NCBI GenBank assembly: GCA_965228855.1
Contig: CBDDIJ010000002.1
Location: 2,400,001 to 2,464,000 of the forward strand
Length of the DNA: 64,000 nt
Source of the DNA: Candidatus Obscuribacterales bacterium
Lineage (GTDB): Bacteria; Cyanobacteriota; Vampirovibrionia; Obscuribacterales; Obscuribacteraceae
Reading direction: 5' to 3'
The notes beneath the pieces are model-generated. The model was given only the letters and a program-made list of their open reading frames with translations. It searched no databases and was not told the origin of the DNA. Below, in pieces: positions 19,256-29,222 of the stretch. The translations under genes were made by a program, and so were the position numbers. The first letter of the stretch is position 1; every line of letters starts with the position of its first letter.

Positions 19256-20113
19256 TTATTTATTGTCGGGACCAAGCATCATCTGTTCTAGCAACGGGCT
19301 TTTCTTCTTTCGGTTCGGCGAGTTGTTCAATCGCGCATCTGCAGGACCACCCAATTTCTTCGTGCTTGATTGAAACAGGAAGTCAGGCGAGTTGACCATG
19401 TCTTTGTACGAGCCGAAACCGACTGCGTTGCCCATAACGGAACGATTGTTGTCCGTAAATTTTGCATCAGGTGGTACTGAGAAAACAGAGTCCGGAACTT
19501 TCACCTTTTTTACAGCAGTTGTGTCAAAAACGGTCATCAAACCGCTGTCCGGATCTGTATCGCTGACTACAAGCGAATCACGTGGTGTCACGAACTGCTT
19601 TAATCTGAGCGGTATTCCCAGGTTGTAAGGCAAGGCGCTGTGAGTTGTGATCATGCGAATCATGGGCGCCGGCCACGATTTTTCCTTCAGCACATAATAA
19701 TTCATCCAGCTTCGGTTCGGAGTTCTCTTCGAGTATTGAAGAGATTCAACACCGCAGAAAAGCACCTCTTTCGGTTTGGAGAAGTTGGCGTCCGTGAACT
19801 CGCCGGTTGTCTCCAGGAGAAACTCGATATTTTTCATATTGTCGAGCGCTCGTTCCATCTTGAGCTTGATGTACTGCTTTTTCTTCGGATTGTAGATAGC
19901 CACCTCCGTAAACGGTTCACGTGAAAACATGATGACGCCCGAACTGGAGTGTTCGTATCTCAATGCCTTCTTCGATATCAGGATCTTTTGCCGGCCACCG
20001 ATGTTGTGCGACTGATGCAATTCAAGCGCGTCCTGAACATTTGCGGTTGCCGCGACCGAAGCAGATTGCGTGAGAATGAGTGCTAGAGAGATTGTTGCGA
20101 AAAGTCTGTTCAT
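19256..20113 (-). CDS. Secreted hypothetical protein (possibly DUF4412-like)
   Basis: Signal peptide; beta-rich with a VPDSVFSVPP ending resembling LolA/DUF4412-like folds. Confidence 0.6.
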   Translation of the reverse strand: MNRLFATISLALILTQSASVAATANVQDALELHQSHNIGGRQKILISKKALRYEHSSSGVIMFSREPFTEVAIYNPKKKQYIKLKMERALDNMKNIEFLLETTGEFTDANFSKPKEVLFCGVESLQYSKRTPNRSWMNYYVLKEKSWPAPMIRMITTHSALPYNLGIPLRLKQFVTPRDSLVVSDTDPDSGLMTVFDTTAVKKVKVPDSVFSVPPDAKFTDNNRSVMGNAVGFGSYKDMVNSPDFLFQSSTKKLGGPADARLNNSPNRKKKSPLLEQMMLGPDNK

Positions 20114-20245
20114 AGGATGATTATCCCACGAGCCGGTCTTTAGATTAACAATCTCCTGTTCGTCTCACTCTTTAGCAACCCAACGAAATACGCTACGGCG
20201 TGATGCCGTAGCGCAGTGTTCTTTATGACAGCAAGCGGAGCTAAT

Positions 20246-21373
20246 TTACTGAAGTGTGTCCAGTGGAATACTCGTATGCCGGAAGTAGGTTCGTGAGCCG
20301 GGCTCAACTGAGCTGCCTGCAGGTAGGGAGGCATCGGACTGTCTATTCGCCGACGCTACCTCCGGTGCGGGCAAAGCCGCTACGCGATTTGTGGCGTGTT
20401 CTTCAATAAAGGACCCAATAGAGTAGGTCACAAGATTCTTCGGCGACGGCGTGCCGATCAGTATGTGCCCGCAGTTCGGTACCATCACAAGTTGTTTATC
20501 AAAAGTGTTGAACGCTGAGAAAACTTTTTTCGCGGATTTAGGCGTCAAAGTTTTGTCGCAGTCACCGTGAACAACCAACACTGAGATACGTGGGTCTAAT
20601 TTCTTCGCATACTTTGCATTTTTCGCTATGAAAAACTTCGCTTTCAAAATCTCTCTGAACGAGAAAGTCTTTCGCTGATCAGGGTCATCTATTGTTTTCT
20701 GAAGAGCAACCAGATCGTCTGTTCCATACTTTTTCTGATAGCGAACGATGTTCACTGGTTTGCGAAACAAGCACTTTGTCATATCTGTCAGCATCCAGAG
20801 AATATTCGCGTGTCCCGCTTTCGAACCGGCCCCACATAAAACAAGTCCATCCAGAACTTCTGGTGAGTCGTTTGCTGCCCTCAGGGCAACTGCCGAGCCG
20901 ACGCTCTCTCCTAACAAATATAACGGAAGGTCAGGATTCTCTTCTTTAATGGCATGAAGAACTTTGCCTACATCCGCCTGCGACTTTTTGTAGTTACAGC
21001 GGTATCCGTCTTTGCACTTCTCTTGTTTGTGCCACCAACCGTGTCCGCGCAGATCCATACCGTATGTGATGAACCCCTGCGAGGCCAGCTGGTCCGCTAC
21101 TGTCCTCAAGGTATAGGCTCGTTGTGAAATTCCATGAAGCATTAAAACAGCTGCGCGTGGTCGACGTTCATCGTCGTTCCACTCATATACCGGGAGATTA
21201 GTTTCATTCGCGATGGCAGGATGCTCGTCATAAATGACTTCGGCAAACGCCTGGGTGGGAAATAATACTGAGGCTGCCGCAATTGCGAATGATAAGAGCC
21301 TTGCTTTCTGCGAGGTGCTTGTGAAGGGCTTCTTCCTGGATTGCGTAGCCTCGTTCGAACGCTTTGCTTTCAT
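20246..21373 (-). CDS. Alpha/beta hydrolase, lysophospholipase/monoglyceride lipase-like, exported
   Basis: LHGISQ, DLRGHG, nucleophile elbow GESVG, HGDCD, CGH. Confidence 0.85.
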   Translation of the reverse strand: MKAKRSNEATQSRKKPFTSTSQKARLLSFAIAAASVLFPTQAFAEVIYDEHPAIANETNLPVYEWNDDERRPRAAVLMLHGISQRAYTLRTVADQLASQGFITYGMDLRGHGWWHKQEKCKDGYRCNYKKSQADVGKVLHAIKEENPDLPLYLLGESVGSAVALRAANDSPEVLDGLVLCGAGSKAGHANILWMLTDMTKCLFRKPVNIVRYQKKYGTDDLVALQKTIDDPDQRKTFSFREILKAKFFIAKNAKYAKKLDPRISVLVVHGDCDKTLTPKSAKKVFSAFNTFDKQLVMVPNCGHILIGTPSPKNLVTYSIGSFIEEHATNRVAALPAPEVASANRQSDASLPAGSSVEPGSRTYFRHTSIPLDTLQ

Positions 21374-21481
21374 GAGGTTGAACCGAACTAGGTGCTACAA
21401 CCAGGTAATAGCACAGGTTTTCGCGAACAATGACATCTTCCGCGATGCTATAGTCTTTCAACAGCGATACTCGAATAAATG

Positions 21482-21519
21482 AAAAAAATCCCCGCACCCA
21501 GGGAAGTGCAGGGATTTTT
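21482..21519 (-). terminator. Intrinsic terminator after the second phosphatase
   Basis: AAAAATCCCCGCAC...GTGCAGGGATTTTT stem with A/T tracts on both sides. Confidence 0.75.
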
Positions 21520-21603
21520 CTATCTATCGGTTTTGTTATCGATCGTCCAGAAAATTTCAGTTACCATAAGGAGAGTCACCGGGGGTGGTGGCGCATCTAC
21601 TAA

Positions 21604-22251
21604 TTAGATGCTGCTCAGCGCCCTTTTAAACCTGGTTTTTAGATCGGTGTAGATGTGTGTCGGACTTGGTGGATTTTCAGGTCTGCCGAGGTCGCTAGCG
21701 GCCGCGTAGACTGAGGACGTTAAGCCGACGAAGAAAGGATGAAAGCCGAAGGAAAGCATTTCGTCATACGCTCTACTGGCTGTCCAGCCCTCTTCCGTTA
21801 TTCGGTAAATCGCGACCATCGTACCGGCGCGATCCTGACCTTGATTGCAATGCACGAAGACCGGCTGATTCTCAGGATCTCTGACGGCTGCTAAAAATTT
21901 GTCCGTCTGTTCCTTCTTCGTCATTTTGAAGTGATTCAATGGAATGTGAATGAAATTCATTCCAAGCTCGCGAGTCTCTGCTCGCTCGTTTTCGACGGCT
22001 TGTCCGTCTTGCATAAGATTGACGATGGTTTTGACACCGGCTCTCTTGAGTTCTCCTACGCCTCCATGTTTGGGCACGCCACCGCGCCACAATTGTGGCG
22101 AAACAACCGCAAAGTTCGGCACCAGTCCGCCAAGATCCGGCTGGAGTGCAGATGCCAGCGGATTGCTACGAGCGTAACTCGGTGATGACATGAAACCCAT
22201 TGTGAACGAGACAGTAACGAGAAGAAATAACCAAGCGTGTTTGTATGCCAA
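21604..22251 (-). CDS. Exported Cys-based dual-specificity/tyrosine phosphatase family protein
   Basis: LWRGGVP, HCNQGQDRAG; signal peptide; GGAGG RBS before TTG. Confidence 0.85.
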   Translation of the reverse strand: MAYKHAWLFLLVTVSFTMGFMSSPSYARSNPLASALQPDLGGLVPNFAVVSPQLWRGGVPKHGGVGELKRAGVKTIVNLMQDGQAVENERAETRELGMNFIHIPLNHFKMTKKEQTDKFLAAVRDPENQPVFVHCNQGQDRAGTMVAIYRITEEGWTASRAYDEMLSFGFHPFFVGLTSSVYAAASDLGRPENPPSPTHIYTDLKTRFKRALSSI

Positions 22252-22597
22252 TTACGTCCCTCCGAGAAATACTCTCACATGATTTGAGTGTAACAAAAGT
22301 TTCTAAAGTTGGGATGATCTTTTTGTTGAAAAACCAGTCCACGAGCGAGTCTTCATCTCTTCCTGTCTTTCGAGTAATTTGCAAAAATATCCCGGAAGGT
22401 TTTCCTCGAAGGAATACAGTCTTTGGAAATCGTGTTTCAGACTCACTTGCTGTTATGGACGCGCTATCACATACATTGTTTCGCCGGCTTCATCTTTTTT
22501 ACCAAGCGCAATAGATTGCGTTTATATTCAAATAAAGAGCCGGAATATGTTTGCGTTCTGGCGCCTGCTGCACCCATACTTTTCCAGGTGGTGTTCA

Positions 22598-23719
22598 ATG
22601 AAAATCCCGTTTCGATGTCTCGCTGTGCTTAGTTCTCTGCTGATTGCTGCTTCCAGTCTGCCTATTGAAGGCGCCTTCGCCGGAACACTTACCAATAAAA
22701 ATCGCTTGACCAGGTCTACATCACCGGGAGCGCCTACCACAAATACGCAGTTCGAAGTGCAACCTGCTTTCGATCGAAGTCGCCCACTGGAAGGAAAAGT
22801 TGAGCGGCAGGAAGGATCTGATCTGGTAGATGTTGATCAGTTTAAAGGCGGTGTTGGACAGATTGACAGCAGTCGTCAACCTCGAACTGCAGCGATCAAT
22901 ACATCTGGTTTGCGCAGTGGTGTCGGGCAAAGTCAGCTGCATGGCGGAGCGAATACGAACAATCTGCAAGGCGGTCTCGGCAACGAGAATTTCGGAGCAA
23001 GTGTTCCGAGCTATGGCGGAAGACCTCCGTTCAGCTTGGGTGCGCCTAAGACACATCTGTCCGGAGATATTTCCGACAAGGAAATGAAACTGATCAGTAA
23101 TTATGATGTCGTCGTCATGCAGGATCGTTCTAGCTCTATGGGAGAAGATGAGAACATCTTGCTTCGCAATGGTATGGGAATGCGCAAAATGTCGCGTTGG
23201 GATTGGTGCTTATATGAGGCCGCAGATTTCACGCGACAGACGAGCTTTCTTCCGAACTGGGCATTCACGCTAGTGTTGTTTTCCAGCAAATATGACGTTT
23301 TTCACCGAGTTGCGTTCAATCAACTGCCGGCAATTTATAACAGAACAGGCATTTATATCGGTACTAAGCTCGCCGACCCACTGGCGGAACAGATTTCGAT
23401 GTACTTTCGCCGGCGTCAAATGGGCGAAAAGCGCCCGTTACTTGTAGCCGTAATTACTGATGGAAAGCCGCAGGATGATGAGAATCTTCGAGATTTGTTG
23501 ATTCAGACGACCTATCAAATGCGCGACCCGCGAGAAGTTAAAATCGTTTTCTTGCAGGTCGGTACGTCTGATGAGGGTAGTCACAAACTGTTTAAACTTG
23601 ATCGCAAGTTGCAGACGAAAGGTGCCAAGTACGACATCGTCTCGGTAAAGCCCTTCTACGAGATTGCAAATGTCGGTTTGACTCGCGCGTTGCTTGATAC
23701 CATTCGCAGTGGCGGGTAA
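22598..23719 (+). CDS. Secreted von Willebrand factor A domain protein
   Basis: MIDAS DRSSSM, GT, VITDGKP, FLQVG; signal peptide and Gly/Ser-rich linker. Confidence 0.8.
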   Translation: MKIPFRCLAVLSSLLIAASSLPIEGAFAGTLTNKNRLTRSTSPGAPTTNTQFEVQPAFDRSRPLEGKVERQEGSDLVDVDQFKGGVGQIDSSRQPRTAAINTSGLRSGVGQSQLHGGANTNNLQGGLGNENFGASVPSYGGRPPFSLGAPKTHLSGDISDKEMKLISNYDVVVMQDRSSSMGEDENILLRNGMGMRKMSRWDWCLYEAADFTRQTSFLPNWAFTLVLFSSKYDVFHRVAFNQLPAIYNRTGIYIGTKLADPLAEQISMYFRRRQMGEKRPLLVAVITDGKPQDDENLRDLLIQTTYQMRDPREVKIVFLQVGTSDEGSHKLFKLDRKLQTKGAKYDIVSVKPFYEIANVGLTRALLDTIRSGG

Positions 23720-24005
23720 ACAGGAACTTTCGTTGAATCGGATACTATCGGTGTCATAACGCACAATCACGCGACGTGTAGATTCAACCGTCGCGTGATT
23801 GCTTTTTGTTCTTGCGTCGTTCGATTCATCGCTCAAGGCTCTCAATCGATCGATGCAAAAACGTTATTTAGAGGCAACTCTGGTCGAATTTAATACCGAC
23901 CAGCTCACACTCTTGATTTTTTTTCTTCTTCCGTTCTCACGATGTATATAGCGTAGAATGTTTCTGTCGAAGCCAAAAGTTTTTTTTGCGTTTGAAGGAG
24001 AGCAA

Positions 24006-25472
24006 ATGACCGGTTCTGTGGGCATCGTGTGGTTACGATTCGATCTGAGACTATCAGATAATCTGGCGTTGCACGAAGCCGTTTCAAATTGCGATTTCGT
24101 CGTACCGCTTTATATCTGGAGCGAGACTGAATCTGAAAACGCCCACTGGGCACCGGGTGCCGCGACTAAGTGGTGGCTACATCAATCGTTGAAGGCACTG
24201 GGTGAACAACTGGTGAACGTTGATTCGGAGCTTGTGATTAGAGAGGGCGACTCCTTAAAAGTTTTGCAGGATTTGATCAAAGAGACAGGCGCAGACAAGA
24301 TCTTCTGGAATCGAAGATTCGATCCGGCAGGTCGAGAAGTTGATGAGCAACTGCAAAAAAAATTAGAAGAAAATGGTGTTTCAGTACACGCATTTAACTC
24401 TAATTTGCTTCACGATCCGGACCGGGTCCTAACGAAAAGCGGCACTCCATTTAAAGTTTTCACACCGTTCTGGAAGAATTTCACAGAAAATATCGAGCCC
24501 GAAGTTCCAAAGGGAAAAAACAAAAAGATTCCTTTTCCGAAGAAAAAGTTGAAGTCGATCGAGTTGGACGAGCTTGGTTTGGAGCCGAAGATTGACTGGG
24601 CATATGGCTTCTGGGATTACTTTGAACCCGGAGAAATAGGTGCGCACAAACGATTGAGAGAATTCTTGAAAGATGGCATCAACCATTACGCTACGGGGCG
24701 GAATCTTCCAAACGAGGATGGTGTTTCGATGCTTTCTCCGCATCTGCATTTCGGTGAAATCAGTCCACGTCAAATTTGGCACGAAGTTCTCGGTGCCGAC
24801 ATCAAACCAAGTCATCGAAAAGATGTCCAGACGTATCTGAAAGAAATAGGGTGGCGAGAATTCGCTCACCACGTTCTTTATCACTTCCCACACACGTGCG
24901 ACAAACCATTACGAACTCAATTTGCGAAGTTTCCCTGGGCACGCAGTAAGAAAAATCTGGAGCTCTGGCAGAAGGGAAAAACCGGCTACCCAATTGTTGA
25001 TGCCGGCATGCGTCAGCTCTGGCACACCGGTTGGATGCACAATCGCGTTCGCATGATAGTTGCTTCCTTTCTCACCAAGGATTTATTAATTAGCTGGAAG
25101 GACGGAGCCGAATGGTTTTGGGACACACTGGTTGACGCAGACCTTGCAAACAATACGTTGGGGTGGCAGTGGGCCGGTGGGTGTGGGGCGGATGCTGCAC
25201 CATACTTTCGAATTTTCAATCCGGAGTTGCAAGGCGAAAAATTTGATCCGCATGGCGAATATGTTCGACAATGGGTTCCTGAACTGAAGCGACTCGAATC
25301 TAAGTTTATTCACAACCCATCCAAAGCACCACCACTGGTGCTCCATGCCGCCGGTATCGAACTTGGCGAGACTTATCCAAAGCCGATGATCGACCACTCC
25401 GTAGCGAGGAAGCGTGCGCTTGAAGCGCTCGCCTCTATAAAAGGCGCCGGGGATGACGGTGATGATTATTGA
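24006..25472 (+). CDS. phrB: Deoxyribodipyrimidine photolyase (class I CPD)
   Basis: WLRFDLRLSDN, SPHLHFGEIS, GKTGYPIVDAGMRQLWHTGWMHNRVRMIVASFL, YFRIFNP. Confidence 0.93.
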   Translation: MTGSVGIVWLRFDLRLSDNLALHEAVSNCDFVVPLYIWSETESENAHWAPGAATKWWLHQSLKALGEQLVNVDSELVIREGDSLKVLQDLIKETGADKIFWNRRFDPAGREVDEQLQKKLEENGVSVHAFNSNLLHDPDRVLTKSGTPFKVFTPFWKNFTENIEPEVPKGKNKKIPFPKKKLKSIELDELGLEPKIDWAYGFWDYFEPGEIGAHKRLREFLKDGINHYATGRNLPNEDGVSMLSPHLHFGEISPRQIWHEVLGADIKPSHRKDVQTYLKEIGWREFAHHVLYHFPHTCDKPLRTQFAKFPWARSKKNLELWQKGKTGYPIVDAGMRQLWHTGWMHNRVRMIVASFLTKDLLISWKDGAEWFWDTLVDADLANNTLGWQWAGGCGADAAPYFRIFNPELQGEKFDPHGEYVRQWVPELKRLESKFIHNPSKAPPLVLHAAGIELGETYPKPMIDHSVARKRALEALASIKGAGDDGDDY

Positions 25473-25625
25473 GATTTTGGTGGTCATAACCTGATTGTCG
25501 GCCGTGGGCAGTCTGCTCGGTTTGAAAATCCCGAAGCTTAGAGTCGGTAAGCCATCACGGTATATCACGAGAAAAGCGCCCTGCGGCGAGAGTATAATTG
25601 AGATAGCTCTGCCAGCGAGACCGTT

Positions 25626-26021
25626 ATGGCTTTTAATGACGATGTTCACGTTCTTTCAATCCGATACCCGATCCTCGCAAAAGGGTTGGCGCCGTGCGTG
25701 AATCTGGACAAGGCATTTCGGTTCCTGGAATCGGAAAATTTCCCACTGGCGCAAATGGATGTGATTGCGCAAGATGAATTTAGCCATGATGTTTGCGTGC
25801 CGTTCCCTGGCAATCAAGCCTTCATGGTGATCGGCGCAACATGAGTCGGACATCTGACCAATGTCTCCGTGTGGGATTACAAACCGACTGCTGATGAGTT
25901 GCTCGAGAAGCGATTAGCAGATGGTTGGAAACCTCAGTGCTCTGAACTAAAAGAGGGATTGGTCATACTCGGGCACGCGGCATGCTTAATGCGAACTGAT
26001 GACCTTCCAATGCAGCAATAA
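25626..26021 (+). CDS. Hypothetical protein interrupted by an in-frame TGA (25842-25844): readthrough/selenoprotein candidate, two small ORFs, or pseudogene
   Basis: 72-codon ORF ...QDEFSHDVCVPFPGNQAFMVIGAT*, then 58 more open codons VGHLTNVSVWDYKPTADELLEKRLADGWKP...GHAACLMRTDDLPMQQ to TAA; TATAAT at 25593-25598. Confidence 0.55.
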
Positions 26022-26060
26022 CTGTAGTGAGTTCCAATAGCAAGGCGATACACTCGCTTT

Positions 26061-27188
26061 TCAGGCAGAAAGTTTCTTTTGAATCCTGGTTCTCTTCCGC
26101 TTGAAAGTGAGCAGTGAGTTCTCGTCATCTAAGTGTGGAAGCAAGATCGAGAGACGCATCTCGTCCCTCGTAAGGCCTGCACTTCGTGTGACTTTGCCTT
26201 CTATGGCCCGAATCAATTTCGGAAGGCTTCCGCGTTCCGCGTGTGCGAGGATAGCAGAGTGAATGTAGCTCTGGCGACAGACCGCCATTGTGTTTCCTAG
26301 CGCCGTGGCTGCGGCTCTGACGGCCTCGACAATTGCTCGTTTTCTTGCCGTTTGACTCAATTCTTCTTCCATTCTTGCCAATTCTGCAAGCGCAATCACG
26401 CTTCCGCGCCAGGTTCGAAAATCCTTTGCCGTAATGTGCTCATTTGAAATCTCAAGTAAATATGCGTTTACGTCAGCCGAGTTTACGGCCACAAGTTCAT
26501 TTTCTTCATTGTGGTACGAGAAGAGGAATTCGGACTCGTTGTTTTCGCAGTCTGCAATTACAGCTGCCAATCCGCTATCGCGACACTCAAGCTCAATTTG
26601 TTTTCCTGATTTTCCTTTGAAGTTCAAACTGATTTTGTCCATTGAGCACTCTACGTGCTCTGTCAATAGAGTCGTGGCACCATGCGATTCATTTTCCTGA
26701 ACATAGCGTTTGTTTCCGATTCTGATAGAAGCTTTGTCCAATAGCCGAACAACGGCGGCGATTACTCTGCGTTTCGATAATTCCGGCGTTTTGAGATCCT
26801 TACGCACGTGATTCCGGATCTTGGTCAGTAAGCCGGCAAATATTTGCAGGCGACCATATTTGTATGCTGCGCTCGCTTCGTGCCAGCGCGCGTGATAAAT
26901 GTACTGCTTTCGCCCGGCGTCATCGTAGCCGGTCGCTTGAATGTGACCATCCGGACTTGAACAGATCCAAACGTCCTTCCACGCCGGCGGTATCACCAAC
27001 GCCTTGACTCTGCTCTTCGTAATTTTGCATGTAACAGTGGAGCCGTCCGAAGCAATATATTTGAAACCTTTCCCGCTTTTCTTTCTGGTAAGGCCTTGAC
27101 CAAATTCCTGGATATACTCGAGCCCGGCGCTGGCTGCCCGTTCCATCCAGGCGAGTTGTTTTTCTGTGACTGTATTGTGAGTTGCCAT
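26061..27188 (-). CDS. DNA topoisomerase IB (bacterial, poxvirus-like)
   Basis: IPPAWKDVWI, GHIQATGYDDAGRKQYIYH, IRIGN, FKGKSGK, AKDFRTW, LGNT..VCRQSYIH. Confidence 0.93.
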   Translation of the reverse strand: MATHNTVTEKQLAWMERAASAGLEYIQEFGQGLTRKKSGKGFKYIASDGSTVTCKITKSRVKALVIPPAWKDVWICSSPDGHIQATGYDDAGRKQYIYHARWHEASAAYKYGRLQIFAGLLTKIRNHVRKDLKTPELSKRRVIAAVVRLLDKASIRIGNKRYVQENESHGATTLLTEHVECSMDKISLNFKGKSGKQIELECRDSGLAAVIADCENNESEFLFSYHNEENELVAVNSADVNAYLLEISNEHITAKDFRTWRGSVIALAELARMEEELSQTARKRAIVEAVRAAATALGNTMAVCRQSYIHSAILAHAERGSLPKLIRAIEGKVTRSAGLTRDEMRLSILLPHLDDENSLLTFKRKRTRIQKKLSA

Positions 27189-27556
27189 TGTTTTCTTGCC
27201 TTCTACTTCGTGTCCGGTATGTAGCACGCATATGCGACTTTGGACCTGCTTTCGCGAAAGAAAGCCTTGCCTGAACTGGGGGACCTGTTAGGGCTTTGCG
27301 TTCACCGCTAATTCATTTCGGGTTTCAGCACCGCCACCGGTGGCATTATTCGTATCTCGAACGAAACTTGCGATGAAACTGTGATCGGAAGAGCTTCGCC
27401 AGCTGTTTCCTCGCTGACTAGAATGGTGATTTTGTCAGAAATCACTCCGGCATGCGTATTCACGAGCAGTAACTGCTGGTATATTATTTTCACTCGGCGT
27501 CTGTTCGGACAGACCTTTCTCTCGGCCCTGTTTGCGCTAGCCTCTTCCCAAACTCC

Positions 27557-28036
27557 ATGAAAAAGGTGCTTTATTTGGAAGACAGTTTTCTGGACTCGAC
27601 ACTGGTCGAGACTGCTCTGCGTGCGAAGCTTCCGGAAGTACAACTCAAGATAGTCTCGGATGTGGAATCTTTTAAAGATGCTTTAGAAACCGAGAAATTC
27701 TTCGCTGTACTTTGTGATAACACGAGGGTCAATGGAGACACGCTCACATCGGTGAAGCTAGCTAAGAACGCTCAGCCCGCCGCTCCGGTCATCGTTGTTT
27801 CCGGTCACAGCGATGAACTTCGTGCGGCGGGGGCGCTTAGCGAAGGTGCTTTTGACTACGTCAACAAAAACGAACTGTGGCGGCTGACCTTCATACTTTC
27901 AAGACTGTCGGCGGGTCGTCCACTGAGTGCGAATAATTTGCCGCCACCACCGAGCATCGTCACCGCATTCGCGGAGACGGAGTCTGCTGGTAATGATCTG
28001 GGTGATGAAGAATCGCCTGCAAATTGCGATTACTGA
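27557..28036 (+). CDS. Single-domain response regulator with acidic tail
   Basis: VLYLEDS, VLCD, VIVVSGH, GAFDYVNK. Confidence 0.82.
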   Translation: MKKVLYLEDSFLDSTLVETALRAKLPEVQLKIVSDVESFKDALETEKFFAVLCDNTRVNGDTLTSVKLAKNAQPAAPVIVVSGHSDELRAAGALSEGAFDYVNKNELWRLTFILSRLSAGRPLSANNLPPPPSIVTAFAETESAGNDLGDEESPANCDY

Positions 28037-28039
28037 TAC

Positions 28040-28420
28040 TTAGTGTCGACGTGTGCATTTGGGAAAAGAAACCGAGCCGCTAGCTTCCGTGCGGAGATCT
28101 GACATTCGAATAATCTGACCTTTCTCTATATCGTTGCGTGCAAAATTGTCTGTAGCGATAGTCACGATTGGAAGTGCGTCCTCAGGCTGCTTCCATCGTT
28201 CGATCGAGCGTTCGCCGAGCATGTAGTCTTCAATTTTTGTGTCGCGAGCGATCGGTTGTACCGCGTATACGACCTGCGCTTGATTGGATTGAAAGTAGTA
28301 TTCGCCGTGTTCGCTGGCATGGCTCGCGTACTCTTTCGGCATTGAGTATTTGATGCCGAAAATCACGCCGCCGATCAAGCACAGGACGATTAGAAACATG
28401 GCAGGTTTTGTCATATACAA
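28040..28420 (-). CDS. Membrane-anchored SAF-domain protein (CpaB/FlgA-like)
   Basis: N-terminal TM helix; VVYAVQPIARDTKI...ARNDIEKGQIIRMSDL. Confidence 0.65.
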   Translation of the reverse strand: MYMTKPAMFLIVLCLIGGVIFGIKYSMPKEYASHASEHGEYYFQSNQAQVVYAVQPIARDTKIEDYMLGERSIERWKQPEDALPIVTIATDNFARNDIEKGQIIRMSDLRTEASGSVSFPKCTRRH

Positions 28421-28491
28421 GGATTATAGCCTGGGAAAGGTTTTGAAGGTTTTATCTGGAATCCGATCAGTTTTAAGCGCGGGGTGTTATA

Positions 28492-28509
28492 TTTAACGAT
28501 ATGGTTAAA
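28492..28509. promoter_or_regulatory. Palindromic ArsR-type operator upstream of the SRPBCC-ArsR-SRPBCC-VOC operon
   Basis: TTTAACGATATGGTTAAA, 18-bp palindrome with one mismatched pair. Confidence 0.7.
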
Positions 28510-28603
28510 CATTGCCAATCGCTAACATAATCGAAGGCAGTAATGCAGTGTGTTGTTAGCTCTAGCTCCAGACAAATAGAAACGATTTCCACAGGAATTG
28601 AAC

Positions 28604-29170
28604 ATGGTCAAGAAAGTTGTCTTAACAGTACTCGCTCTAGTCGGCGTCGCTGCTGCGGCGGTGGTCGCTATCGCGGCCACTAAACCTGATCACTTCTCGT
28701 TCGAGCGGGAGACTATCGTCAAAGCCCCTCCTGAACGCGTTTACCCTCTCATAAGTAACTTCCACGAGTGGCCCAGATGGTCGCCCTGGGAGAAGCTCGA
28801 TCCAAAAATGAAGCGAGATTACAGCGGTCCAGAGTCGGCTGTCGGAGCGACTTATGCTTGGGACGGAAATAATGATGCCGGTGTCGGCAAGATGACCATA
28901 ACTGAAGTCTCCGCTCCCAATCTGGTTAAACTCAATCTCGATTTCGTCAAGCCGTTTGAGGCCAAAAATCAAGTAACGTTCCAGATCACACCGGTAAACG
29001 AAAATGAATCGCAAGTGAGTTGGAAAATGGAAGGCGATTCTCAACTGTTTCCCTGCAAAATTGTTAGCGTCTTTTGCAGCATGGATGATATGTGCGGCAA
29101 AGATTTTGACGCGGGATTGGCCAGCATCAAATCAATTGCAGAGAAACAGAAAGTAGCATCGCAAGAGTAA
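28604..29170 (+). CDS. SRPBCC (polyketide cyclase-like) family protein with N-terminal anchor
   Basis: WPRWSPWEKLDP, GATYAWDGN..AGVGKMTI, GKDFDAGLASIK. Confidence 0.88.
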   Translation: MVKKVVLTVLALVGVAAAAVVAIAATKPDHFSFERETIVKAPPERVYPLISNFHEWPRWSPWEKLDPKMKRDYSGPESAVGATYAWDGNNDAGVGKMTITEVSAPNLVKLNLDFVKPFEAKNQVTFQITPVNENESQVSWKMEGDSQLFPCKIVSVFCSMDDMCGKDFDAGLASIKSIAEKQKVASQE

Positions 29171-29222
29171 TGAGTTCGGCTTGTGATTAAGTCCAACGCA
29201 CAATGGTTCAACCAAACGCACG

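Noticed and set aside
26061..27188. Tyrosine recombinase/integrase marking a mobile element
   Set aside because: Motifs match topoisomerase IB; no att sites, tRNA target or cargo boundary seen
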